From positions 9,225,079-9,289,078 of the forward strand of contig OZ316898.1 in assembly GCA_973895155.1 (NCBI GenBank): DNA of 64,000 bases, in the 5' to 3' direction. The stretch comes from Marsupella aquatica (taxonomy: Eukaryota; Plantae; Marchantiophyta). Position numbers and translations under genes: made by a program. Under the pieces are notes generated by a model. That model saw nothing but the letters and a program-made list of their open reading frames with translations, was not told the DNA's origin and did no database searches. Below, piece by piece: positions 49,027-61,921 of the stretch (positions are counted from its first letter, which is position 1; each line of letters opens with the position of its first letter).

Positions 49027-50668
49027 CTTGAGTTGGTGGTATTTTGTGGCAGAATATTGGGTGTGAAATGGGCGCCAGGAGTCTGGGGCGTTTAGCCCTA
49101 GACGAAGTCTCACACGGTGATAGAGGTAACGGGTCTGAATCCGTCGTCGATGGTTCACGAGAGAATTGACGCTTGCGGATGGTAACGTTTTCCAGATCAA
49201 TGGGTACAGATGGAGAGGTGATAATCGGCAGAGACAATGGCGGTGTATCGGTTGTCGTTACCACTACCTCTATCAGCTCCTCCCTGGGGGTCGGGGCTTG
49301 TGTTGAGCCACTGGCATGTGAGGGCCTGACGATCCAAACCCGTTTTGGTGGTCGTCGTGGATTGGAGGGTTGCTGCACCTTGCCAGAGTTGGCAATTGAG
49401 CCCGTAGGGACAATCGCCGATTTGGTAAATGGATGAGCAGCGCTGCCCTTTTCGCGGTAGGCCTGACCAGATTGCTTGCAGTTCGTAGCGCTAGTGGTGG
49501 CGTCAGCGGGCTGATTACCTTGTAATTGGCGTGATTTCTGCAATGCCTTTCGTGCACTCCTACGTGGTCCTCGCTTGGAGGAGTTGGAGGATTGAGGTCT
49601 TGTGGATCCTTTGATGGCGGAGGAAGCCAGGTCCGTGTCCCCCTTAGATGCCTTCTCAGCCTCAAAGAGCTCGGCCCTAAGTGCTAGACTTTGGAGTTCT
49701 GATTCTTCACGACGTTGTTGTTCTTCAGCCTGGCCCCTCCAGTATTCAGCCTCCGCCGTTGCCTTGTCGGCCTTCTTCTGGTATTGGTGAAGTGCCACCT
49801 TGTCAAGTCGCACCTTAAGTTTGGCTGATTGATTGGATGCGATGGGATGATTGGCCTCCTTGCCCGGGGCGTTGAATAGTATGTTGTGGCCCTTGAAGAT
49901 GGGGGGGCGTGGTAGTGGACACTTGGATGCGAAGTGTCTGTAGGAAAAACAGAAGCAGCAGCGGAGGTTCCTGCCAATGTAGTCGAATTGAACAGTAGTA
50001 GCGCCCGGGCTGCTGAGTTGGAATTTACCGTGCGAGGGGAAAATCTTAAGTGTAGTCTCCACAATAGCAGAAATGTGGTGCTGCTCTGTGCCTGGTGCTT
50101 GCTTAGCCCGAATGAAGCGCCCAATCGGTGCCACGACAAACTTAATGTATTCGTAAATCTCTGGACTACCTTGCTTAATGTACACCGAAACCAGATGTTT
50201 GAAGTCAGGTGAGCTGCATGGATCAAACTTGGGGGTGTAATCGTTCACGGCCGCATATCTGTCTAAAGCCTTGAGAGGTGAGGCTCTCAGCAGACAGTCC
50301 TTGATATGGTCCCCCGAGTTAGCATCAAACTGTACTACGAATAAGGCCTGAGACAACTCATCATGCAAGGACAATTTGGTTTCATTCTCCTGATTGTAAG
50401 CTGAAATCCAATCCCTGGTGAGCCGAGCGTCGAATTCCGATTCGAATCCAAGAACAACCTTATTCCCATAGATCCGTTTTGTCCCCTGCTGCAGAACATC
50501 TTCTGGAATGTAGAAAATTTCCTGAGTCAGCACGGTGGGGATCATGGGATGGCCTGTTTCCACAAGTGACTGACCGTGTGATGCGCGTTGTGTCTCGTCA
50601 TTGTGGTTGGAGATTGTTGGGCGATTCGTTGCTGATCGGGCAGATCGCCTGGATGCACTGCTCGCCAT
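48923..50668 (-). CDS. LINE ORF1 protein (581 aa) with CCHC zinc knuckle
   Basis: Open frame inside the TSD-bounded element. FDYIGRNLRCCFCFSYRHFASKC is a CX2CX4HX4C knuckle typical of plant L1 ORF1, followed by coiled-coil-like and low-complexity sequence. Confidence 0.88.
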   Translation of the reverse strand: MASSASRRSARSATNRPTISNHNDETQRASHGQSLVETGHPMIPTVLTQEIFYIPEDVLQQGTKRIYGNKVVLGFESEFDARLTRDWISAYNQENETKLSLHDELSQALFVVQFDANSGDHIKDCLLRASPLKALDRYAAVNDYTPKFDPCSSPDFKHLVSVYIKQGSPEIYEYIKFVVAPIGRFIRAKQAPGTEQHHISAIVETTLKIFPSHGKFQLSSPGATTVQFDYIGRNLRCCFCFSYRHFASKCPLPRPPIFKGHNILFNAPGKEANHPIASNQSAKLKVRLDKVALHQYQKKADKATAEAEYWRGQAEEQQRREESELQSLALRAELFEAEKASKGDTDLASSAIKGSTRPQSSNSSKRGPRRSARKALQKSRQLQGNQPADATTSATNCKQSGQAYREKGSAAHPFTKSAIVPTGSIANSGKVQQPSNPRRPPKRVWIVRPSHASGSTQAPTPREELIEVVVTTTDTPPLSLPIITSPSVPIDLENVTIRKRQFSREPSTTDSDPLPLSPCETSSRAKRPRLLAPISHPIFCHKIPPTQDDQTHHSDIQFAGTSIQAASTTSQIHPGGATTFP

Positions 50669-53600
50669 AACACCAAGGGGAGAAGCTCGTAATAGCTCGT
50701 TCTATAGCGGGGATTGCCGGGAGTCTTCCAACCACCTTGGTGTTGCATGTGAGTAAGCGGACCAGTTTGGCCAGTGTTGCGCGAGCAGCAGGAGATACAC
50801 CAATGTGGCGCTTGCTGAGAGAAGGATGCTTGATGCCCAGCTCGAAGAATCGCAACAATTTGGCTCCTGTTCTGCTTACACTCAATGTTTTACAAAGAGT
50901 TTGAACTGATTGTTATATGTTGTTCCAGTTGAGGGAGCATGCATGTCAAAGTTTAGGTCAGCAACCATCCGAATCTATAAAACATTGTATCCATGGTTCA
51001 ATCTGTCCTTAAATGCAGCCAATTCAGATAGTTTGAAGATCACTGAAATCATGGAAATGATGTGTTAACTTTCCTAAAATCGCACTCTACTTAGATATTC
51101 ACATATTATCACATGGCATCTAGTATCGTACTTAAGTGGCTTTGGCTCCATTCTGGCTAACAGATAGGAAGATACAACCACTCAAAGTTTGACTAAATGA
51201 ATTATATGTGGAGAATCTACAAAACTTCCCTATGAGTCCAATCAAGATTCCATAAAAGACAAAATGAGACCTTTTGATTGCCACATTTTTACTTCCATGA
51301 GACTGTCAAATATTGAAGAAGATATGGTCAGAAGTAACCTACACTATAATTTAGGAAATATTAAATGAAAGTAGAAAACTGTTTGCACAATCATCATCAC
51401 CTGGAATCTAGTGACGAGACTCTTTCGGATTGAGGGGAAAATTAGTGAAACCCCACAGAAAGGGAACACTCAGTCACAATATTTGAACCCAAAACCTATG
51501 CGTCACTAGTCAAGTGAGCTACCACACAACCATGCCTCTCTAAGCAGTGTCAAGACTCTTTTGAATCATTCACGTGCTATATCTTGGTGTATACACTGAT
51601 ATTGCACTGTTTTTAAAATTGAAAAATTAAAGCACAAGCATAATGTTATTTCATCATTTCCTCACATGAAATAATCAATGTATACATGAACTCAGATGGC
51701 ACTAGAATGTAACATCACAATATATGACCTGCAAAACAAATGGCATTACATTATCAGAATGTAAGTTCACAATGACATAATTTAAGGTAACCTTTTGAAA
51801 CCTGGAAAAAAAATGAACATGTCTAGGAGTATTTAAGCAATTCCTTGTAAGGGCAAATATTTAATCTGGTCATTAAAGGCCCAACGATCAACATACCGTA
51901 CTCCCTCTTATTGCCCATAGGTGTACACCAAAGACAAGGTGGTCAAACTCTACGACAGTTACACAGGCTCAACCCTTGGGACTAGTCATCAAATGTCTTG
52001 GAGATATGAAACCTCTAAATGAGCTAAAGAGTAGTACCTGTCAAAACTGGCAAAATATCTTTTATTTTTATTGTATGCTAACCACAGCTGCCACTATAAA
52101 AGGGGCCTTGCCTCCCAATAGGCCACCGTGTACTCCATTCCCCTTATAGGACCCTTGTGCCTTAAAAACACTTTTTGATGATTTTATAAAAAAACATGAA
52201 CTGTCTAGTTACTTTTAGATGCAGTTGTTTGTGAAACACATAGATTTCACCAAGAGCTAGGTTTTGAGTCATATATGGACACCTGTAGCGAGCTAACAAG
52301 ATGGCACTGATACACGAATTTTCCCCAAAATATGGTATAGTCTTTCAAACACGCGATAGTATTATATGTAAAATGATTACTACAGGTTACTGGGAGTACT
52401 TTGTAGGGAAACTTGTGCATAAATGAATGAGAGAGTAAGCATCCCAACTCAGACCTTGAATCTCTAAAAATGGCCAAATACCTACGTATGTTTAAGATTT
52501 TTGTACACATCTAGGATATTAGGGATCAAAGCATTAGAGTCTTGTAGAAAGGATGAAGCTGAATTCGTAGTCGAATTTTTATTCCAGGTTATGACAGACT
52601 TCAGATGATTAAATTTTGCTTTGCACACTTGTACCAACCTTCTACAGTGAATCTTACTTGGAACCAGCATTCATGCTTTCCTGCCTCTCTCAGTCTTGAT
52701 ATAACACCTATTTCAATGGTCAACCTTTTTCTATAATTTCAAAGGGTGCCACTTGTCCAGAGAGAAGCCCGCTCCATACAATGTAAAGCTTCAGGGTATA
52801 AGGGATTTCCCACATTATGCTATAGAAACCTCAAATTTCAATGACATCCCAGTCAGCTTGGCTTCAAACTTATCCAAAGAGAAGGTTGCTCCATGAGATT
52901 CAGAGCCTCAGCACTAGATTGCTTTCCCACGTCATGCTGTGAAAACCTCAAATTGCTTCAAACTTCTCCACAGAGAACGTTACTTGCCTCAGGAGTAGAA
53001 GTGCTTTCCCACGTCATGCTGTAGAAACCTCAAATTGCTTCAAACTTGTCCACAGAGATGGTTACAAGATGAGATTTCAAGCCTCAGGACTAGAAGGGCT
53101 TTCCCTCATCAAGCTACAGAAACCTCAATTTGTGATGACATGCTCCCCAAGTTTACCACTTCCCAGCAACGCCACATACCTATCATCCAGGTTTGCCCAA
53201 GCTTTAAGGGTCTAAGATCTCAAGGCACTCCAGCGGTTTCGTTCTTTGTTAAATTGATGTAGAGAAATTCCTTTACAGGCCAAGTGTTCACAAGTAACAG
53301 CTTCGACCCAATTTGGCAACAAATTGACTTAGTCCACAGGCGTAATAATTACAATGTCTATATGGTAGAAATCCACCTAAACGTGATCACCAACGGGACT
53401 GTCTCATGTCGATTCAGAAGCGCATCAGTTTCCAATCTTGTTACTGTGGGGGGAACGCAACAAAATACAAAGAACAGAAAATGAAATTCTTTGGAAGACA
53501 TCCGCGAACAGCCGGCCATAGTAAAGCTGAAGTATTAATAATGGTAAACGTATTGCAATGTCTCATCTTCTGCCTCACCACAACGCTACCGTGCAGTAGG

Positions 53601-54593
53601 TGGGTGGACTTTAAAAGGTGACTTCTGTGGAAATGATTCATCATCAATGGGCGTGATCAACTGAAGGACATGAACTACCACTAGTGAAAGCTGGAATAAG
53701 TTGTGACTGCTTGCTTGCCCTACTTCTCAGCTCACAAAAGCTACTTGTCCTTCCAGGGTAAATTGGATTTTATCCTTGGTCCATCGAGAGCTTGCAAAGC
53801 CTGCAAGGAAATGGACTTCTAGTATGTACTCCTACGAACCTACAATTGTGTACAAACAAAAGATCTGCATAGCATGCAAGGAATGGACTTCTGGCATGTA
53901 CGCCTAACACCCTCACTCTATACAAACAAGAGTCTGTAGTTGCTGGAAGAATCTCTGCTTTGAGTGCCGCCACTACCTAAGGCCGCCTGCTAAACGTTAC
54001 CTACGCGGTTTTTGTTTCCAACTGAAGATCACTCGTACTATTGGCAAAACTACAACTCGTTCCCTTGTTATCGTCATCCCTGGCTCAGTATTACCTTCGG
54101 CACACTGAGCAGTGAACTGCTTCTCCATCTAAATTCTCCTCTTCCGCCCTTTCTGCCTTGCGAAGGCATACACGAGCTTTCCGCCAACTAAGAACGTCCC
54201 TCTCCCGTTGCTGTATCCTGCGAAACTGCCCTTTTGCAAAGTATGGATCTTACTGAAAATCATGTGGGGATGTCATCTTGCAAGGCGCATGCAGATGAAC
54301 TTTGTGCTAACGACTTTCTTCTCACTCCCACTATCTGCTTATTTGCAGAGGGGAAAATCGTATCATCCAGGTGTCAAAATTGTTGGTGCGTTTAGCTGAG
54401 CAATCCGGCTTGAACAAAACTCCAACCAATTCAACATGATCGGAATTTCTTAAGGCATCACGAACTCTCCAATTCCTTGCAACAGAGCAGCAATCTGCTC
54501 TCCAGGTTTGAGAGAGTGTTTGCAAGTACTCTTGGAAGTACTTGCCATATAGTACATAGTGCAAGACATAATCTGCAGCTTCCAATGCACTCG

Positions 54594-57500
54594 TTACACA
54601 ATATCTGCATAAGGGGGAGAGGAGTTGCGTTTCTGTACAGCCTTTACGGCAGCCACTCGAGCTGCATTGGCGGCGCGGTTGGCACAAGTTACTGCTTTGT
54701 TCACTCTGTCTTCTACCCGGGAAATATCCATAGCTTTCGCAGCTGCCCGCCGTGATTCCTGAACCAGAACAGCGAGAAAAACAATCAGTCCCATAACCTA
54801 TTTCACAAAATTGACTAAAGAAAGTACCGCTGGGAGAATTATCTATTCACATATCAGCGTCCTTCACATTGTCACCCCGACTTCAATCCTTCAAAGATTC
54901 GAACAGCCCTACAATTTAGTGTGCTGTTGAGGTAAGTATTCCAGACCGCCATTGAGGATGAAACAAGATGAATGCTAACATTTCCCAAAGTTAGTTCCCT
55001 CCCGACGACATGTATGCAACGCGTTTCGATTTACATATTTAGGTTTCCTTTTTGGATGAGGAATAACTGTTGACGCAAGGCTTCCTCGATCATATCATGG
55101 TTTTTAGTCCACTACAAACAAATTTCCTTTGGAGTGGACCAAAGAAATACCGAAATAAAGGACTGGACAGTAAGGCGACCAGAGCACAGACCAAACATGA
55201 ACAAAGAAGATGTATTTACTAATGGGACAGGGACGGAAGAGGAGAGGTAAGGAGCATTTTAATTAATTTCCGGGGAACATCTGAGGATAAAGAAGAAAGA
55301 AGCGAAGGAGAGACGTGCAAGGAACTGGAGTTGAAGGCCTGAGAGTGTACCTGGACTGCATTCAAGACTTTGGAATGATAGACGGCCGTCGGAGAGCCCG
55401 GGGTAGGGTTCTGAGAACTTCTAGTCTCCAAGACACCATGATGCCAGTGCCCAGCATGAGTCTCTCCATTTCTGAAGGTGTAAATGCCCAATCCTTGCTT
55501 CCGACCCTCGTGCCAAGATCCTTCGTATCTGTGGCCATTGGCGAATTGATATACCCCATAACCATGCATTTTGTCAGCGAAGTACTCCCCCGCATAAGTA
55601 TCCCCATTCCTGAAACCAGAAGAGACAAAGAATTGGTAAATATAGAAATTCATCAACCAAATAAGTCCATGGCGTAGCGTATGATAAGCCTCACGCACGG
55701 ACAGATCAACCAATTCGACATCAGCAACTTCAAAAGAGATCCTCGCGGCCTTGTTTGGTATCAGAGGAGTTTTTCCAGACAACAGAACCTACTAAAGATA
55801 TCCAAGACGTGGAAGCGCGAATTGTTCGGGAAAAGCCCATCACTCCCGCGATTAATTTCATTACACCGGGAAATCCAAAAATGTAAAAAATATCGACTTA
55901 GCACGATTTCGATGTCAATATCGCCGAATAGTGGTACCAAGAACGCATCACCCCGACCCGAACATACGGTATCAATTGACACACAGCCATGAGGACCAAC
56001 TCTGACAAAATCAGGACGACAGCTGCAGAAGAGATAAAACTTCCTACGATGGATTGCGCTCTCGTTCAAATTCTCAGAAAATTGGTGCGATTCGGGGGAG
56101 AAAGAAACGCATAAGCCAGTAAAACCGAAGCAAGAATCTACAGTCGGCCCGAAAGATTTGTGTTGATTGACCAATTGACAAGAACAACACAAAGACGAGG
56201 ACTATTGAACAATGAAAGGCCTGTCAAGCTTACCGGAAATGGTAGAAGCCGTAGCCATGTTTCACGCCCCACTTGAACTCGCCCCGATACCTACTACCAT
56301 CCTCACAAGTCTGGGTTCCGCAACCGTGGCTTTGACCATTCGACCACTCGCCAGAATAGACATCCCCCGTGTAGAATCGATACACTCCATAACCATCTCG
56401 CAAGCCCCGTCTATACTGTCCTCTATACCGACTGCCGCGTGCCCAAGTCTCAACCCCATATCCATCGTATTTGCCATCTACCCACTCCCCTTCGTACCGT
56501 CCGCTCATGTAGAAGTAGTACACCCCGTTCCCAGAGCATCGACCTTGGTGAAACTCTCCCTCGTAGACATCCCCATTGCTGTAGGTCTGCACGCCTTCCC
56601 CATAAAGCTTCTCCTTCTCTTGTTGCGGCACACCTGGTTTGAAACTTGAGCCGATCGTCCAAGTGACGTTGGAGTTCTTTTGAGAGATAGGTAAAGTCTC
56701 TTTCCGATGCTGCTGGTGCTTATCCTCGGTGAGAAAGGCGGCGAGCGGCTTAAGCCAGCTACTGCTCAAACTTCCCCAGCTATGACTCAGAACGGCCCGG
56801 ACAATACAGAGCGGGGGAGCCTTGGAGTTGAAAGAGATTTGTGGGAAAGCCAAGCGGGCGGAGACAATGAGCGCTGTGAAGAAGACGATTAGTGCCAAAA
56901 AATCGAACCAGTACCAGAGCGCGATGTCCTCTGCGCGGAAACCTGAGAGCCGGTAATACTGGCTGCCTTTGACGTACCACCACACGCAGGGAATAGTAAC
57001 GAGGACCAGTGGGGGTAGAAGCACTTGCGAATCAAAACGTCTTCCTTGGTGTCCTAGATGTTGCTGCACACCACTAGAGTTGGAGAAGGAAATATCTCCC
57101 ATTAAGATTGCACGATTCCTGCTTGCTTCCCGCACCAAGGCAATGTTCTTATCAAAGCTTCTGCCGCTGCTGCTCTCCCGCGGAAGCCCTCCAGAGATAC
57201 CCTTTTCATAGCTCCGAACGGCGTCGGATAAGTTCGAGACACTGTCAATGTTGGACTTGATTGTGGGCGATCTGGAGAGCGAGGAGGGCGACCTACTCAT
57301 CTTAGAGACCGTCATGGTAGAGTCGGACTTCAAATTAGACAAAGAGGGTGGGTCTCTGGCCTTGGGAGATGGATGGTCCTGTTGCTGGATCATAGTAGAA
57401 TCGGGATTCAAATTGGACAGAGATGACGGGTCTCTGGCCTTGGGAGATGGATGATCCTGGAGCTGGTTCTTTAAAGACGGAAATCGGTCCAGGTTATTCA

Positions 57501-57636
57501 CTCTCTTGTGCGGCGTCGAGAGGTACTCTTCGTGCCAAGCTCCGTTACTGAGTGCTATTACAAGAGGAGGCCGACGGTAACCTGATGTAACTCCCGCCGC
57601 ACCGCCACCACCACTTTCAATGTCTCTAAAATGCAT
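54594..57636 (-). CDS. MORN-repeat membrane protein (plant family often mislabelled 'SET7/9-like'), about 608 aa; exons 57636-56234, 55609-55351, 54758-54594
   Basis: Two hydrophobic segments, then tandem MORN repeats (YSNGDVYEGEFHQGRCSGNGVY, YTGDVYSGEWSNGQSHG, FANGHRYEGSWHEGRKQG) and a conserved tail KAVTCANRAANAARVAAVKAVQ. Splice sites are GT-AG and phases are consistent (1827 nt). Confidence 0.92.
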
Positions 57637-58887
57637 CCTACTGCTATTGCCGACACGGTTCGCGTTTTCCTATGGCATCCCTTGCTTACCATCCTCCCGT
57701 CGAACACTGGCGTACCTCCTCCTTTCCCTCCCACTTTTCAGAACCCGCTTCCTCCTCTTACTCGCCTTCTTCTCGCCTCCACCTTTGTTCCGCTTAACCC
57801 TGTCTCCTCCCTGAGCAATCGCTTCTCCTGCACAATGGTCGCCTGAATGAATGCCTGTCTGCTGCCCCTCCCTGCTCCGCAACGATGATCAACAACAGCG
57901 TCAGCACCCGAAACAAACAACATACGGCATCTCCCTCGCTCGCTCTCCCCCGGCGCTCCAACGAAAATTCTACTCCTCAGCCGATCATCTCACCCCTCCA
58001 CGTCGAGACCGGAGACGTCAGCTTTCCAAAAAACACGATAAACCAGCAACAATGCTCCGGTTGGTCATCCCGCTCTTGAGAGCTCCCGCTCGTAGCTATC
58101 CGACGGTGTAGTGATGCGACTCCCTCGGACCATCCTCATCCTCATCCTCCCTCCCTCCCTCCTATCGACAGCAGCATTAGGTCCCCATCGCTCGATCCAT
58201 TCTCACCCGAAGCTCATCACCGAAAGCTGTCGCCCAACGTAGGCAGAACGAAAACAACCCCCATGGGACCAGAGAAAGAAATTCATCAAATCAATCACAC
58301 CAGCAACCAAACCAACGACGGGGGACCGCGTCAAACATTCTTCCGAGGCGTCTACACGATCACTGCACTTCCTGCTGTCCCTTCTGCGGCAGTCTCGGCC
58401 CAGACAGATGACGACGCTGATGGCTCAGCAGGTCGATCTCCTTCTGCAGCGATTTCCCTACAAAGCACGAAGCTTCTCATCTCTCTCGTGACACCAGAGG
58501 GAGCTCTTGCTTCACTTTCGTGAATTGCAGTTCGTCTCCATCGTCGTCTTCTTTTTCTTCTTCTTTCTCTTCCTCTGCTGCTTCTCGAGAAAGAGCGATG
58601 GAGTCAACAAGAGAAGAAGAAGAACAGAGCGAAACCAATCGATCCAACGTACTGAAGAAAAAACACAACTACCCCCTCTTTTCTGCTTTCGTTCGTCCTT
58701 ATTTACGAGTCAAAAATCGAACGACACTAGTCTTCTTTTGCTCCTGTCCTCGAGCAACCGGGAGTTTGATGAGGGCCCCACCGCGCCGAAGCAAGATCCG
58801 ACCGGCTCAGGCCACTCTACCGGTGAGAGGCGACCGGAGACCGGAAGCTGGCAGTGCCCCATTGGTGGAGGAGAGACGGGGCCGGTG

Positions 58888-59135
58888 GTTTTAAAGGCTC
58901 TCGTCAGAGTCCAAGAAAAGGTCATTTTCTTGCTATTCTGGACCATTGTCCCCGGATTCCCAGCCAATTGCGGCTCGGATGGCTCGAGATAATTCTTTTA
59001 GGCATGGGTACGAGGCGACCGGGGACAGGGGAGTGGTCCCTTGGCGGAGGATATCTGGTTCCGGTCATTGCGGACGCATTGGCCGATTTTTTAAAGGCTC
59101 TCGTCAGAGTCCAAGAAAAGGGTCATTTCCTTGCA
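58888..59135. repeat. Short direct repeat (about 40 bp) upstream of the MORN gene
   Basis: TTTTAAAGGCTCTCGTCAGAGTCCAAGAAAAGG occurs at about 58888 and about 59089. Confidence 0.85.
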
Positions 59136-61300
59136 ATTACTCAACACGGGTCAGGGTTCCAGACACAATGCTCATTTCGAGCTTTCGAAGAGCATTTCAA
59201 AAATACTCAAGAATAAATTCTTAAAAACAAAAATTGATGCCAGATACCTGAATTTGAAGCTCCTACAGTAGATACCTTGAGGTACAGTGCTTATTTGAGT
59301 GAGTTTTATTTAAATTAACCTCCAAGGTATCAAGATTATTTAAATATTTTTCAAGTTTAAAATTTTCAAAATCAGCTGAAGTGCTCTCAAGCAAAGTGAG
59401 ATGACTACCATTTGACCCCAAGATTCCCATGAACCAGACAAGTTGTTTTGGGTAAAACAACTCATACTTGAGAGTTTGTGTGTGGGTTGTAAGAGTCTCT
59501 GGGAGCTTTGGTGTCAACTGAGAAGAGTTAACTTGTCCAGTTATTTTTTAACATTTTTATTTCTATAATATAAGCATGAGCAATTTGAATTTTCATCACA
59601 TCAGCAAAATAAGCAATCCATTTGGGGCTACATTAGCATCCAATACAATTATTCAAATGGACAATTCACACTTGATCGAGCAAATTGAAGGGAACACATG
59701 ATGTTAAGCTTAGATATTTACAGTAAAAATATTGTTATGAAGGGGATGCAAGACTTGGTCAATAGAACTATTCACTGACAAACTTGACCAAGTGATACAC
59801 TCGATGGACCTCAAATTTGAAAACTGTTAGTTGATGGACCCCATGAGGCCCGTGAGATTTTGGGTACATTGATTTAAGGTCTGCCAAGAGTCTGAATCAC
59901 TCATGCCGTGCATAAAGTAACACTTTTTATTTTGGGGGTCCTAGAATTTTCTAAAATCATTAAAATGATTATATTATATCAGGTATAGCACTCTGGTAAA
60001 ATATTGTGCATCATTCAAGTCTGGATGATTGCATTTGAATTGTGTGTCAACTTTAAATTCTAGCCATCAGATTGGTTGATATATAGCAATTAATAGATTC
60101 AAAATAAATTTGTTGAAGGAACACTTAGATATTGGTTAAAAGGGAAATCATGATTCAAGCCAACAAAAAGAGTTCTAACTCTAACTCTAGAGATCAAAAT
60201 TTGGCTTTCTGCAGTTGGGTTATAGATTATTCACTTTAACCCTCAACTCCGGGCCCCACTCCTAGGCCCACTCCTAGCCCCACTCAAATCCCCTACCTCC
60301 AGTTTAAGGTTTATATGGAATGGTTTTTTTTTAATCCTCAAAGGTTTGTAACTATGGCACCCCCAATGGCACCTGCATTCCTCTCATTTTGGAGCAAATC
60401 AAGTTGTGTGGACTTCAAAGAAAGAGGCCATTTAGGGGTTCCCTATTGTTCACTTGTTTTGAGTTTGGTTTTGCCCACTTGGACCCTCTTTTGTTTGTTC
60501 TTTTGTACTCTGTTTGGTCCGATTCTGTAAAAAATTTGTATATTGATTTGATAATAATTTTGTTGGAGTGTCCCAAAACAAAAATGGTCAGTGCAGGTAG
60601 TTTGCATTCAAACCACTACAAAGAAGTTGGCAATAGCTTTCTAGGATGAAGGGTTTACAATAGTTTTACCATCAGGTTTGCAATCCAAATTAATACAAAA
60701 TTATAAACCAGGGGTTTTTCCCCACTTGCAAGTCATTTGCGCCATTGCAATTGTGCGGTGTTCCCTTCTAAGTTGGGAAGGGTTCCCCCTTTGCAAATTA
60801 CTAGGTTTTTGGTTTTCTTCGGGAAGGCAAAGGGAAACTGCAAAGCTAACTAATGTGTCAATACTAGTAGAATATATTACATCTGCAATTAATATTGAGT
60901 GTATCATATGCACATAACTTTTGCTTGAATTAATTGTTTAGTTTCTGGTCTCTCTAGTATCAACAATGTTTTTCCTAAAGGTTAGACCAAACAAACAGTG
61001 AGTGTGTTTCTTGCCTTCTCAGAAGGCAGAAGTTGGGACACAATAGTGCAAAGGACCTACACGAGAATTCACTTATTGAATTATTTTGCACTTCAATAAG
61101 TGAATGTTCTTCTTCTTTTTTTCTCTTTAATTTAAGAAACAAAGCATACACTGAAAAGTCAGTGTTTACACCAGGATACATAGTTTTCACAAGGACTCCA
61201 ACCCAATTTTGTTAGTTTGACCCAAAATTATAATTCTTATTTACTCATGGCTTGTGCGAACTAGGATGATACTACATCATGTTAAACATTTACTCTAAGG

Positions 61301-61921
61301 TTTGGAGTTATGAATGTAGCTACAATTAGACTAACGATAGTCGTAGGCTTGGTAGGTTAGCTGTGCTCTTGGGGGGTTGACTATAAAAAAATTTAGGAAC
61401 CACGTGCGATCCAAAATAGGTATTTTAGATAGAACTTAACTAAATTTTTAAAAAGCGTAGGAGGCAAAAGAAGGTATTATAAACTCATGTTTATAGAATA
61501 TTCTCTAATATATACCTTTTATAAAGCAAAATAGGTTATTAATATTGAAAATAGAGAATATTCTTGGAATATTTTCTTTATAAAATAGGTCTATTTATAT
61601 TAGGCTAGGATCGCACGTGGTACCCCAAAATATACACTTACTTAACCCCCCCCCCCCGAGTCTGTGCTACTATTATATACTCAAGCAAGTGCTCTCATGT
61701 GATTGGAAACTCAGATTCATTGTTACTAAAACATTTGAGAAATAAGGAGAGCTTGTGTTGCGTACTCTTAGTGTGGCCGAGAAACCTAGAGTGCAATAAG
61801 TTTTTTGTGTGTTCTTGTGAATGTAACATCAATAAAGATGAACCACATATCTCTTTATGTCAAATACTGGTTTGTTGGATAATCATGTGCATGTGGTTGC
61901 GACTTGAGTCTTTGCTCAACA
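61301..61921. mobile_element. Second solo-LTR-like copy, interrupted by a MITE
   Basis: Collinear with 24602-24925 once 61368-61668 is removed; ends in TGCTCAACA. Confidence 0.55.
61368..61660. mobile_element. MITE (293 bp) nested in the solo-LTR-like repeat
   Basis: Termini CTTGGGGGGTT and AACCCC...CCGAG; internal perfect inverted repeat ACCACGTGCGATCC (61399-61412) / GGATCGCACGTGGT (61608-61621); flanked by GCTGTGCT and TCTGTGCT (8 bp, one mismatch); absent from the homologous copy at 24.6 kb. Confidence 0.75.

Larger units (their letters stand above)
44413..50905 (-). mobile_element. Full-length L1-clade LINE retrotransposon (about 6.5 kb)
   Basis: TSD CTGATTGTTATATG(TT) at 44399-44412(14) and 50906-50919(21); short poly(A) tail (T7 at 44413-44419 on +); ORF1 plus ORF2 architecture. 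Confidence 0.95.

Noticed and set aside
54594-57636. Histone methyltransferase or PIP5K call for the MORN gene
   Set aside because: Only MORN repeats and transmembrane segments are present; there is no SET or kinase domain.
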